A stretch of DNA of 55,995 nt, filler included, from Platydemus manokwari (Eukaryota), in the NCBI GenBank assembly GCA_037951405.1. It is 5 parts of 5 records of this genome, joined end to end, with 100 filler letters (N's around TTAATTAATTAA, not from the genome) between each part and the next. Parts side by side here need not be neighbours in the genome. Positions count along the whole stretch, not along the records: positions 34,518 to 43,279 come from JBBMOY011354204.1; positions 43,380 to 55,995 come from JBBMOY010045569.1; 3 more parts are not named here. One strand, given 5' to 3'. Positions within the stretch are counted from its first letter, which is position 1, and every line of letters starts with the position of its first letter. The position numbers and the translations under genes are program-made. Of the stretch, positions 39,025 through 51,280 are shown piece after piece. The notes below the pieces were generated by a model that was not told the origin of the DNA, searched no databases, and saw nothing but the letters and a program-made list of their open reading frames with translations.

Positions 39025-41540
39025 ATACTTATTAATTATCCATTAATTAAAATAGTATTTTTTCTTTAACTATACTGAAGCTCTAATCAAGACTTTCTTA
39101 ATAATCATAATGCCCAGTCAGAGCACTATACATAACCTTCTGATGACACCTTATAACTTTTGGAGTCAGTTGCATTTGTTAAGACTCTCGTTATCCGTAT
39201 CATATATTTCTATTAGAACAATTTTACAATTATAGATTTTTGGGCTCAATGTTAAGTAAATTGAAAGCTTTAAACTTTCTTAAAAAATAAATTAATAACA
39301 CTACTCCTCGAAATATGAGAAAATATAATCGAATATAGGTCATTTTTAATTTTTAACGGATTTAACCTTTCATAACTCCTCGTTAATGTATATCAAACCT
39401 TTTTCGAGTTCTTCTGAAAGTAAATCATTTGATTTTCTAATTTCCTTCACCAACACCTAAGTATTTCAGTACGAACTTCATTGTCAGCTTCCGATCATCG
39501 GTCTCATTTTTTAATTCCAATAATTATTTACTTCAGTTATTAAATTATGAGCTTATATGTGAAAAAATCAAAACAAGGATTCTAAGGTGCCAAAACCCTA
39601 TTTTGGTGTAATGTTCATCTTTACTCAACCGTATGCAAAATCTCTGACTGTTTTCCTTGATATTAAAATTTCGAGAAGAATCTTTTCACGATTATGCTAT
39701 CACAGTTATTGTTAAGTAGTTTTTCGAATAAGATAACTTTATAGGATTATTTTTCTTTGATCAATTTAATTATAATTTTCTCTCAGTGTTCCTTTCTAAT
39801 GAAGACATTGTATAATCGTTTGCACGTAAGCAGAAACCTAACCAATATAGTTGGTTTTGAAGTCGATGAACTTCTCTAACTCTGTTAAAGGTTTCTAACA
39901 TTCTGCAAAATTTACGGTTGGAAAGATTTCATTCTTAATTTCTTGATTGTCTTGGAGTAGTCAGGTTTGTCAACAATTGTTAAAATAAATAACAGAAGTT
40001 TGATAACAACTGTTTATTGACTAAAAATACAAGTGTTATTTAGAACCTTTACAGTGCAAATACCAATAAATAACAATTTTGTCTATCCTCTACTGGAAAT
40101 AAGCAATTTTTCCATTCACATATCTAGTCAATAATGTGTGTGCTCAAAATCAATTCCTTGTTTTGATTTCCAAAGTTGCAAATGGAGCTAAGATGAAACC
40201 TTTCTTATATACTTATTCTGATTGATCGATTATCATATCTTTGTGATTTTTTAGATATCTGTTTCTTAAATGTTGAAACAGTAAAATGAAGAAACACCCT
40301 CAAGGTGAGACAATATGCCCACAATCAAGATTCATGAGTGTGTTCATAAAACATAGAGTGGCTAGTGCTCTATTCAGAGAGTAAGTAGAGCGAAGAAGAG
40401 AAAACCCCATTCACCATTAGCTCTTATGGTGAGTGGAGGCAAAGGGTAGCCGAAGGAAAGACTCAACAACAACAACAACAACCACCTCAAGAATCCGTGT
40501 TCAAAAAACCAACGACTCCGCCAATAAGACACCAAAACCCGCCACAGAGTTTAAACCAATTGCACCCGTAAAGCCAAACTCAAAATGGGAAACTTGGGGT
40601 ACGCATTACCAACATCAATTGTAGTAATTTGGTAATTTACAATTTCTTGCATCGTCTCTAAAGTAGGAGGGTAGTCTTATACAAATGATTTCTGAATTAT
40701 ATAAATAGATCTCTAATGTTATTCTGCCATACAATCCAAAAATTCAAACGAATTGGCCACATTAATAAGTGGTGTCATATTGTTAAGAAGGATTGTAAAA
40801 GTATAAACAAGAGAAATAGTTGCTGAAAAATTTTTAATCACATTGTTTTATCCATCTCATATTTGAAAAATAATATCTTATAATTTCATGTTATAATCTG
40901 CTTAGAATAACAGCGATCTATATGAAGAGATGAGAAAATAAAAAGTCGATTTTGAGATAAATAATCCATTAAAATTATATGTCAAAACCTAGATGTCCAC
41001 ATTATCGACTACCAATTTAAAAATTATAAAAGATCCTTGAATATCATATATTAGAATGAATCAATAATAATTGTATCCATAGTAATAATATTTTTAAAAT
41101 TCAAATTAAATTAGTGTACAACTTATTCTAAGTATAAATAGTACAATTGTAAAGAAAATTATAAATCTTAGAGTATTTATTAAGAGGCTAAAGGTAGACT
41201 AAAATATTATAATTATAAAATCAAATGATATATTTTGCAAAAAATGATAAAAAAATAAAATTATATTCAAATATCTTATCTTGATAAAATTAAATAAACT
41301 TTACCAAACACTTTTTTATTTAATTTTAAAATGCAAATATTTAAATTCACTAATAAAATTATAACAATAAAATTTTCATTTTCGATGTTGTTTTAATACA
41401 TTATTACTTCAAATTTAAAATCATATTTTATGTTCATTGCCTTCTTTAATTTCCATTAATTTTTTAATTTAAAATACTTAAATACAATACAAAATACTTA
41501 AAATAATAAGTTGATTCTCCAATTCTATCTAATTAAAAAC

Positions 41541-42026
41541 ACAATCATTAAAAATGTTATCAAATCTATCAATATACAGTATTCTAGTAATGATGAATTA
41601 TTGATAAAGGAATTATCACATTATTTAACAGCATCCAAAATACCGATATGAATTTGAAGTATTTGTGATAGATTGTTGTATACGATAATCGAAGTGCAAG
41701 CATCATTTTTCGCGGCTGAAACCCTACGAAATACAGTAATAATATTAATTATAATTTTGAAATTAAAATATGTGAAAGATAAAGTAGTTGTGGATAAAAT
41801 TTGTGATAATTTAATCATGGCACGATCTCATAGATTCTTGGATGTTTCACGCTAAACAATTGAAATATTCTTCAATAGCAGGAATTTTTCGACAACTATG
41901 TATAGTAATGGCAGATTTATTTATTCAATTAACTTTCTGGTATAATTCATTGGAAGAAGTATCCACAGGAGTGGTAATTATTTCTCGAACACTGTATTGG
42001 AACATTTCTTTCCATTCTTAGATGCG
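41541..42026 (+). pseudogene. TNPO3: Unprocessed transportin-3 (Mtr10/importin-beta family) pseudogene, N-terminal fragment
   Basis: IKNVIKSINIQYSSNDELLIKELSHYLTASKIPI*I*SICDRLLYTIIEVQASFFAAETLRNT, putative 43-nt GT-AG intron 41736-41778, then ...DLIDSWMFHAKQLKYSSIAGIFRQLCIVMADLFIQLTFW; colinear with TNPO3 as recalled (AWEISDQLL..SCYFAAQTM..LRDSLLTH..TQLALAIADLALQMPSW); TGA, TAG and TAA stops plus a frameshift. Confidence 0.78.
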
Positions 42027-43279
42027 GTGAGAAATTTACATTTGATTTATTAACTATTTTGATTTTTGTAATTATTGTTTTAAATTTCCATTCGATAATA
42101 TGATTATTTAATATTACTAATAGTAACTATTAAAATTATCAATATTATCAATGATATTATTATAACAAGATGGTTGAAAAGTCCTAGTATAACTAGTATG
42201 ATTACAATGTCACATGCTTTTCAAATGTTCATTTGAAAATGAAAATATATTTTGTTTAAAAATATAAATGGTTAAGATTATTTGTTGGAATATTTTGATG
42301 AAATAGATTTTTGGTTGAACTTCTTAAATCGTATTCAATTCGTATTTAATGAAATAGGAGCAAGTAACGTATATGATTTCGATTGATATGCATATATTTA
42401 ATATTAAACTTGAATATAATATTATGTAAACTTAAATTTATGAGTATTACTTAAAGATTTATTCCGTTTTAATATGGTACTGGAATATTAAGCTTAATAA
42501 TATCTTAGAAATGTTACAACGTTTCGTGAATAGTTTTCAATAATTAATTTTGATGTGTTCAAATTCTCAGGTGTGTCTTATAAATTATGATTAGATTTTA
42601 ATGAAATCAACACCAATTAAATTTTTAGTGATTTATTTTTCATATCAAAATATTAATACTAAAATTTATATAATGATCTCAACAATTGGTTTCTAGTTTA
42701 TATAAGCGACGCAGAAATACTTGACGAAATATTGCGGCATCACTGGATCTTATAGTTATATATTTGTATTATTAAACCCTGGTGAGTTGATTTGTGTGTG
42801 AGAACTTCAACACGTTGAATGATGATAGACCACTGACATGACTATTTATTTTGAAAAAGTCAATGTCAAGATGCTTTAGAAGCTTAAATTTGTATCGTGT
42901 TGAGCACACCTCAGAAACGGGTACTTTGTTAAATTATTATTTGCGGTTAAATGAAATATTGCAACAAGTATGGTAATTCCTAAATTAAGACAGAAAATCA
43001 ATTATGATTACAAATATTGATATAAAAATTAACAAATTCGATCAATTATTGAAAAGTGAACACTGTGAATAACATGATACTTTAATTATCACTAAAATAA
43101 TAAGGAAAACAATCCCGCCACAAATAAGGACCACACTACCGTTAATATAGATGGCCATTGAGTACTTGAGAACGCGGAAAAAGTAACCAGTTTAACTTGT
43201 TACTGAAATAAATGACGGAATTACCCACATTAGCATGCGGGTCAATCCAAAAATAATGATGGGAATCACTGTTCCTGAA

Positions 43280-43379
43280 NNNNNNNNNNNNNNNNNNNNN
43301 NNNNNNNNNNNNNNNNNNNNNNNTTAATTAATTAANNNNNNNNNNNNNNNNNNNNNNNNNNNNNNNNNNNNNNNNNNNN
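43280..43379. other. Artificial contig spacer
   Basis: Same 100-nt N/TTAATTAATTAA/N linker. Confidence 0.98.
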
Positions 43380-43679
43380 AATAATATTGATAATAATAAT
43401 ATTGATAATAATTATAATGATGATAATATCAATGATTATAATAATTATTTTTAATAACTAATAAAAATTTAATATAATAAATAATTTTTTAAACATTTGT
43501 CAGAGAAAATAAGAAAACATTTTGAGAATCGATTCTCAAATCCTTACTTGAAAGAAGGACATGAAAATGAAAAGATTAATTGCAAAAAATTTACTAAAAT
43601 AGAGAAAAGAGATTTGAGAAACCATCAATGAGTGAGTTAATCATAGAAGTGAGTCGTCATCGTTGTTCTAGTCGTCGTC

Positions 43680-43975
43680 TAGCGAGAATTTCGTAGACTA
43701 ATAAACATTCACTAAATGAGGCATACCTTTAGCAATTGGAGACAAAGATATTAATTTTTATTAGCTTTTCAATGCTGTTAACAAACACAGTGTACCGACT
43801 TGATAGAGTTAAGGGAGAGAATTAATAAATAATTGACTCCTGTTTTATTGATGTGATAAGAGCAGTAATTACACGAATATTGTGAATAGTAACATCAATC
43901 AATATTTTATCACAATTTACCAAGTTTTAAAAAATGAGTTCATCAAATTTTCGATGCAGCTAGACGAAGGGAAAC
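43680..43975 (+). mobile_element. Possible degraded hAT (Buster-like) N-terminal transposase remnant
   Basis: LLTNTVYRL (cf. LSNNTVxRRI) and KFSMQLDE at 43945-43968 (cf. FALQLDESTD) in the expected order. Confidence 0.35.
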
Positions 43976-44642
43976 TTTATTTATCAATATTAAATTTAAA
44001 AAATTCTCTATAAGAGAAAAATAATTCTGGAATTTAGGTTATCAAATAACATGAAAAATATTGAACTTCGATCAAACATATAGTAGTAGTTCGTTTTAGA
44101 TTGCGAAGAATTTAATGGAAACAATTAGATATTTTATGATTAAGTTGGTATATTGTTACGGAGATCTTATGACAATTTCTTTATTTCTTATCAGATGTTC
44201 ATAAATTTTCCCAGGAAACTAAAGTCGAACAAAGGAAAAATAAAATTAATCCGATAAGTAATAAAAATTATCATCTGTTTAGCTGAAGGCGATCATGATT
44301 CATTGGGCTTATTATTATGAATAATGACAAGTATTGTCATGCGTGTTAAAGGAAACTTTATACAAGTTCAGCACATAATATGATAAATATTGATCATGTG
44401 TATTGAGAAGAATAAATTAATAATTCTAAAATAATCGCCTTAATAAATAATATTTCTTGGCACAATAAGATCAGCTAGTTCTAAAATGCCTACTGTAATC
44501 AGACTATCAAAATTTTCTCAACAAAGACTACAGAAATACCAAAACCGTTTAAGAAAATATTTCGGAAATTAGAGATAAAATGTACATGTCATATTTTTAT
44601 TAAATTGTCATTAAAAGTGATGGAAAGTATAAAACAACTTGG

Positions 44643-46120
44643 TTTCAGTTAAGAAAAAGAGTCCTTTGACTTACTTTTGTTATAATAAATTTTCCCGTAT
44701 GAGATAATTTTATAACTTATTTTTATATAACTGTTATGTTTGATTTATGGGTATAATTCAGCTAATATCTCATTTTTTAGGATGTCTAATAGTGACAAAA
44801 CATAGTTTTCAAACCAAGTTCCAATTCTAATCACAACACCTCTATATAATTGTTTGAGTTTTTAAATTTTAATTTTTATAATTATAGTTACGTCATAAGA
44901 ACATTCATGCATAATATATATTTGAAAAACTACACTAAAGCACCAATCAATTATTTAAACAAACACCACGTATTTATTTATTTAATCACGTTACTTTTAG
45001 AAATCGAGTTAGTTAATTACAGACACGTTTAATAATATCATTGGTTATTTTTATAAAATAATTGTAAAAAATGAGAATATCTTTCAATTTGCTTCTAATG
45101 TTATAAAAAGGAGCCAATAAATTGCAATTCGACCTACTTTTTCATTTTTTCAAATAATCAAATTTTAAGAGATTTTTAAAGCTCTAGTGTATTTAATATT
45201 TGATTTCAAACAACTAAAATTCTTCTTTAGCACTTAAATAAAAATTTAAATGTTTTTAAAGAATATAATTAAATAAACTATATATAATTTTGCAATACAC
45301 TCAACCAATTTAAAATTTCATTTTTTTTAACTTTAGAAAATATTTCTTTAAACACAATTGAACTTGAGATTTTAAATTTTATCTCGAATCTTTATTTTGA
45401 AAGATGAAATAATTTTTCTTTGTTATGTTTGAGATTGGTGTAATATCACTTATTCAAGACACTTCATCACTAAAACCCCTAAAAGGAAATAATTTAAATT
45501 TATTTGAATAAAAAATTTAGTTTTCCTTGAATACCTGAAGAAAAATAATCTTAAGTTACGAAAAGGGGTTCTTTGACCTACTTTCGTAATAATGAATTTT
45601 CGCAAATGAGATAATTTTATAACTTAATTTTATATATAATTGTGGTCCTTCATTTATTCGTATAATTCATTTTATATATCTCACATTTTAGGACATCCAA
45701 TAGGATCCAAACATAATTTTTAAACCAAGTTCCTATTCTAATTACATCACTTCTATATGATTATTTAAGTTTTTAAATTTAAATTTTTTAATGATAAATC
45801 GAGTTAGTTAACAACAGACATGTTTAATAATATTATCGCTTATTTTTATAAAAAAATTATGAAAATTGAGGGTATCTTTCAATTTGGTTCTAATGTTATA
45901 AAAGGTTATAAAATGTTATAAATTCGACACACTTTGATGCCTTTTTCAATTAATCAAATTCTAACATATTTTTGAAGTTCTAGTGTATTTAATATTTTAT
46001 TTTACTTAAATAAAAAATTCAAAATGTTTTTAAATAATATAATTACATTAACTATATAGATTTTTCCAATACATTCAACAAATTTAAAATTTCATTTTAG
46101 GACCTTTTTTAACTTTAATC
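44643..46120 (+). repeat. Diverged direct duplication (copy 1 ~44643-45340, copy 2 ~45551-46120)
   Basis: Shared colinear blocks ATGAGATAATTTTATAACTTA, AAACCAAGTTCC, AAATCGAGTTAGTTAA, CTAGTGTATTTAATATTT; copy 2 lacks ~115 nt matching ~44885-45000. Confidence 0.9.
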
Positions 46121-49100
46121 AGATATTTGTGAAATAACAAATGAAAATATTAATAAGATTATTTTACATACTTCAACACTCCAAATTTGTGATTACATTA
46201 CATTATCGATGGATCGAATATAAGTCAGACAATTGTAAATGTAAACGAGCAATTTTAAATTTAAAAATATTATGAGTTCCGATTTGTGCTCAATTTGTTA
46301 TTGATTTTGTTTATTTTTGAAGAATTATTTAATTGTTGTTCTATCCTATTATTAGTTTAGATTTTCAATTTGTATTCAATATACGTCTACAAGTATTTAT
46401 TAAAAATACGTTTTTAGGAATACATTCGTTTTGACTTTTAGTACTTATCTTGATCTCATTTACTGTTATTATTAGCATCATTAATAATACACAAATTTAA
46501 ACAAGAAATGAAGAAATTTTTGTTTACGATGAGAAAGAGATTATCAGATACAATTAGTAACGAGAGTTAATTTTGACAAATATTGAGTTATACATTATCA
46601 GAACAGATCTCTACAATTAATGGGATAATTAGGATGCATTTGTTCCCCATTTGCATTATCGCAGAAAATGCCTGTCACGCTGATGAAATACAAATTTAAT
46701 TTATTTATTCTTCATTTCGATAATATCGTTCATTCACCAAATCAGATATCGAATGAATCGATACAATAATAAAGTTAATACAAGAATGAAATTTGCCATT
46801 AATATTTATTCTGTTCTAGTTTTTCATTTAAATTTTCTCTTACATATATAATCGGCCATTAATGTCCTGTAATATTAGAATGGTTGTCAGACTAATACGA
46901 ATGATGTGATTGATTTTCGTCATCAATTGTCAAATAAAATCGTATTTTAATTTTCTTTTTCTTGTGATTGATAAGTTAAATGATATTAGGAAAAAATCGT
47001 ATTCAATAATCAAAGATTATGAAGAAAAATTTTAACTCAGAAATATCCATCATTTTACTTATAACATAACTATCCATTTCTCGAAATGATATATGATGTT
47101 TGATAAGATAATTGAAACAAGATGTTGTGAAGATAATTCAAATTTATGATAATATTAAAATTATGAACTCACTTGAAGATAACAGAATATTATTGATCAA
47201 AATCCGTAATACACTCATAAAATCACGAGAAACCGTAGAATAAAGACCGTCAAATAAGAACCCATTAAAGTTAAAGTCAGAGCTACAGATTATGAAAGAC
47301 TGGCAATATTGTGTATATTATTTTGCTCCTTACGATCTTACTTTTCATTTGTTTGGTAGATTTACTTCTATATCTTGTATCATTTTAAGGTTTTAAAATC
47401 ACGATTTCTTATAAATTCTGACATCTTCCAAAAATTGTTTTTGCAAAAAGAAGAGTCGGTAGATGCATTATCTGTTATCCCTAGAGTCTAATTCATTTTA
47501 ACCATTTAAAGATTCGACTACAAATGTCGAGTATGTAAAAAAATAAACTGTTAAAAAATAATTAAAAAATTCAAAATAAATAAATATAGATGTTATAATT
47601 TTAAAATGTTTGAAATTTTTATTGAATGGCTCTTTTAGATTTTTTTAAAATAAAAAACTCTTCCAAAAAAAATACTCCGAGTAAAATGATTTTTGTTAAA
47701 GATAAAATTTAAATTTAAACAGAACCCTAATGATTTATTATTCCATATAGCCATATTAAATATTATATATAATCGAACTCGGTTCATATTAATTCACAAG
47801 TTCCATGCTAAAACGCATTAATCGAATGTTGATATTCAAGGAATTCACGAAAACATTAATTATAATTCAAAACTAAATACATATTATAGGATATCTTACG
47901 TTCAGTTATAATTAATATTTTTCATAAATTAAAATTGGTTGAAATCATTCATGAATTGGGTGATACTTTATTTCTGTTACCAACCAAATTTAACTATATA
48001 GTCGAAATAAAGTTAAAAATTTGAATTTCGACTATTATAACAGTAACGTGGTTAAATAAACAAACAACGTTTGTTTAAACAAGTGATTTGCGAATGGTTG
48101 CACTTTTTTGAAATAAATCTTGCGAGCTCCAGTGCCAGTGATGTAACTCTAACAATTTATAATACTTTATAATTTATAAATTATTAATGATTGTTTTAAA
48201 ATACAAATATTTCGATCATAAATTAAAAAGATCTACAGTTATGTCAATTGGCAACAAATTGAAAGATCACATTTTACCAGAACTTCTTGGCTGCAATGAA
48301 ATTGTAACCAAACGAAGAAAATTCCAATGGTAAAATACATTAGCAATCAGCAATGTATATAAAAATCAACTTCGAATTTAATTTATTCCCTAAAATATTG
48401 ATAAGCTTTTATTCATAATTTAATAGAGATTTTTCAAAGTTTGAAATATATATCTTAAATTCTAATTTTTATAATTCAATAGTTTTTTCGCGTGCGACTT
48501 TATTTGATAGACTTGAATTGATTATTGGTTGAATTTAATTTGATAATCCAACGAAATTTCATTTTGTTTCCATTTGTCGGAACATTTTCATAAAATTGAT
48601 AGATCATCCACTACAATTTATAAATCATCCTCTTTCATTATCTATGAAATTAAAGCTCTAATTTCCCTGTATAATAAATGATAAAATTTTAAAAAATATT
48701 TGAATGAGAAAATCGACAATGGATCGATATCAAATGAATTCTATCATCGGCATTTACCGACAGATATTTACGGGAAATAATTTGAATAATAAATGGTTTC
48801 AATATCCTCTACGAAATCTCATTCACAATTTACATCAAAATAATGTCGGAATTTATTTGCTATTTTTTAAACCTTGTTACAGTCTCATATAAAAGTATTT
48901 TTAAATTGAAAGTTGAGAATATCTTGATTTATTATGATTGTTTTTTAAAATTATTCTTACGAGATTTTTCTGTTCATTTAATTTGTATTTATCCAAAATA
49001 AATCACATTGAGTTGAAAAACAATTTTTTCTACAATTGTAATTTTGCATAAAAATTTAGTGTAAAAACAAAACGCAATTTTCTTAAATTTTTATTACTTG

Positions 49101-50566
49101 AAGTTTATATTGGCTAAAAATATATTTAAAAAAATAGTAATTGTATATACACACAAACATAAATAAGGAATAAACCAATAAAAATACTGAAAATAAAAAA
49201 CACCAAAAGAAAGCACTGTATATTTTAAACATCACCATTAAAAATATCAAAAGCTCTATATACACCTTCTAGTCACTATAAAACAGATTAATCATAGGCT
49301 CAGTATTATAATTGGTTACCAATGTGGTTATGTGTATATTAGTTTAAGTTTATTCAAGTATTTCCAACAACTTTTCCATACTTTGCAAAAATAATTATTC
49401 CTCAAGGTAAAAATCTGTTTAAATCTCTGAAATGCAGATTAAATTTAAAATTATTACCATTAACTAAAAATATAAAATTTTATTTAAGTGTTCAATCGGA
49501 AATATAACCGTTTAATCGTGAATCAATTTAGAGTATGGAAACGTAATTAATTATAATACAATTTTAATCGACTCATATATGTTGATATTTATCTGTTGAA
49601 AGATTAAAACACCTAGCTACTATCGTCATATATTTGGCAGAATTAATCCGTGATATTTCAATTGATTGTTAGAATTTAAATTCTTTCATTCATTACGAGA
49701 TGAAATTTGATATTTTTCACTTGTACTTGCTTATCAGATAAAAATCGTAATATTACATTATTTGAATTACACGTTGCAATCCAAATTAAGTAGAGTTTAA
49801 TGAAATTTATCGAGTTGTTAATTACATTTCTTCTCCAGGGAGTCTGATAATTCTATATTTATTATTATATGTGAATATTTATTAATTACTACCTATTCTC
49901 TAAAAACATTTTTTACATATTATATCAGCACGAAATTTCTTTAATATGCGAGTTTATTAATCTTTAATATACTTTAGGTTTCCAGCTGTAAATGTATGTT
50001 GATGTCCAGAGTAAGCTTAAGAATGTTTTCAGTCCCCCAAGCTTTGATTTAGAGTTGAATTTATTGGATATAAATCTCTTACAAACAAAAAGCTTATTAA
50101 ATATATCATAATTAAATAAAACGTATTATTATACTTTATTTATCATAGATTTATTGATTTGCTATCTTAAGCCAATGTATTTTTTCAATGGATAATGTCT
50201 ATTACGATATATTTTCATTTCCTTTTAATGAATGTTTTTTGGTGAATAAGACTTATGGCTTTAATTATTAATATATGCAGAAACTGTGTCACACAAATCA
50301 TTAGTAAATCTAATATAGTGAATAATAGAGTTAATTGTAACGAAATGTTTATAAGCAATCAGCAAATGTATCAATTTGATAAACGATTTGATTTCAGACC
50401 TTATTATTATCGTAAAAGAGTTACTAATAAATATTTTATATAATTTTCAATGCATGAATACAAAAAATTGAAAATAAATTGAAAAGGTTGTGTACAGTTA
50501 CCAAATCCACGAAGAATTACTGATATTTGTGACATTAATGATTTTAAAAATATTAATATTATATTT

Positions 50567-51280
50567 TGTTGAACAGAAACGAAAAACGATTTTGCACCTT
50601 GGAACCCTAAATAAGCATTTTAACTATACAACCATAGCAATCAACTAATCTCAGAAGACTTAAATGGAAAATTACAATTTGACAAGGAGACATGCCCAAA
50701 TAGTAACACACATAGGAAGACACAAAAATCAACAATAGAAACTTGAGAAATTAAAGTATCAAATAAAAATGTGACACAAAAATTACACTCAAATTTCATG
50801 TATGAATAACAGCATAAAGATGCTCAACTACCAGTTGAAAGCCAAGTTTTAGATTGTATTTAATTCGATGTTTTTTTGTCGAATTTTTGAGGTGTTCGTG
50901 TTGTATTTATAAGTAAATATGAGTGAAAATACAGATTTCAACCTTCGATGCTTTTGGAACTGCAGTTACTCACCGAAATCGACCTCTTTTATAGACCTAT
51001 TGAGTGTCTGCTTGGTGTCACGGATTTTCATTTTCAATTTGCTGAATTCGTTCGTAGATCGGTTTGCTTGCCATTTAACTCGTATTCCATATACCTTTGG
51101 TAGATATTTGAATTTACTGCCATTTGTAGGTATGTGCCTGTCTATTCTTAATTTCTTCATATGGATTAAAATTAGAACGAATCTGATTGGCTAACGGCAC
51201 ATGTGCTTATCGGATCTCTGCGTGTAGGTTATTTCTTTGGTTCCTATAAACCTTTTGGTTGATTTTTGATCTACCCAACA
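50567..51280. repeat. Two solo-LTR-like units tail to tail (B3 on +, ~50567-50880; A2 on -, 51280->~50900)
   Basis: Minus strand of 50985-51280 aligns with 38152-38458 (AAGAATxGACAGGCACATACCTA, CAAGCAGACAC, ATAGGTCTATAAAAGAG); 50585-50840 aligns directly with 37590-37790 and 38790-38890. Confidence 0.6.

Noticed and set aside
39330-39520. KYLGV (RT domain 7-like) on the minus strand, and DLAIPDFR (thumb-like) near 6670-6700
   Set aside because: Single short motifs without ordered neighbours; too weak to call retroelements
41648-41660. TGA aligned with a conserved Trp in the TNPO3-like frame, suggesting codon reassignment
   Set aside because: The same fragment also has TAG and TAA stops and a frameshift, and BTBD9 uses TGG for Trp with no internal stops; ordinary pseudogene decay
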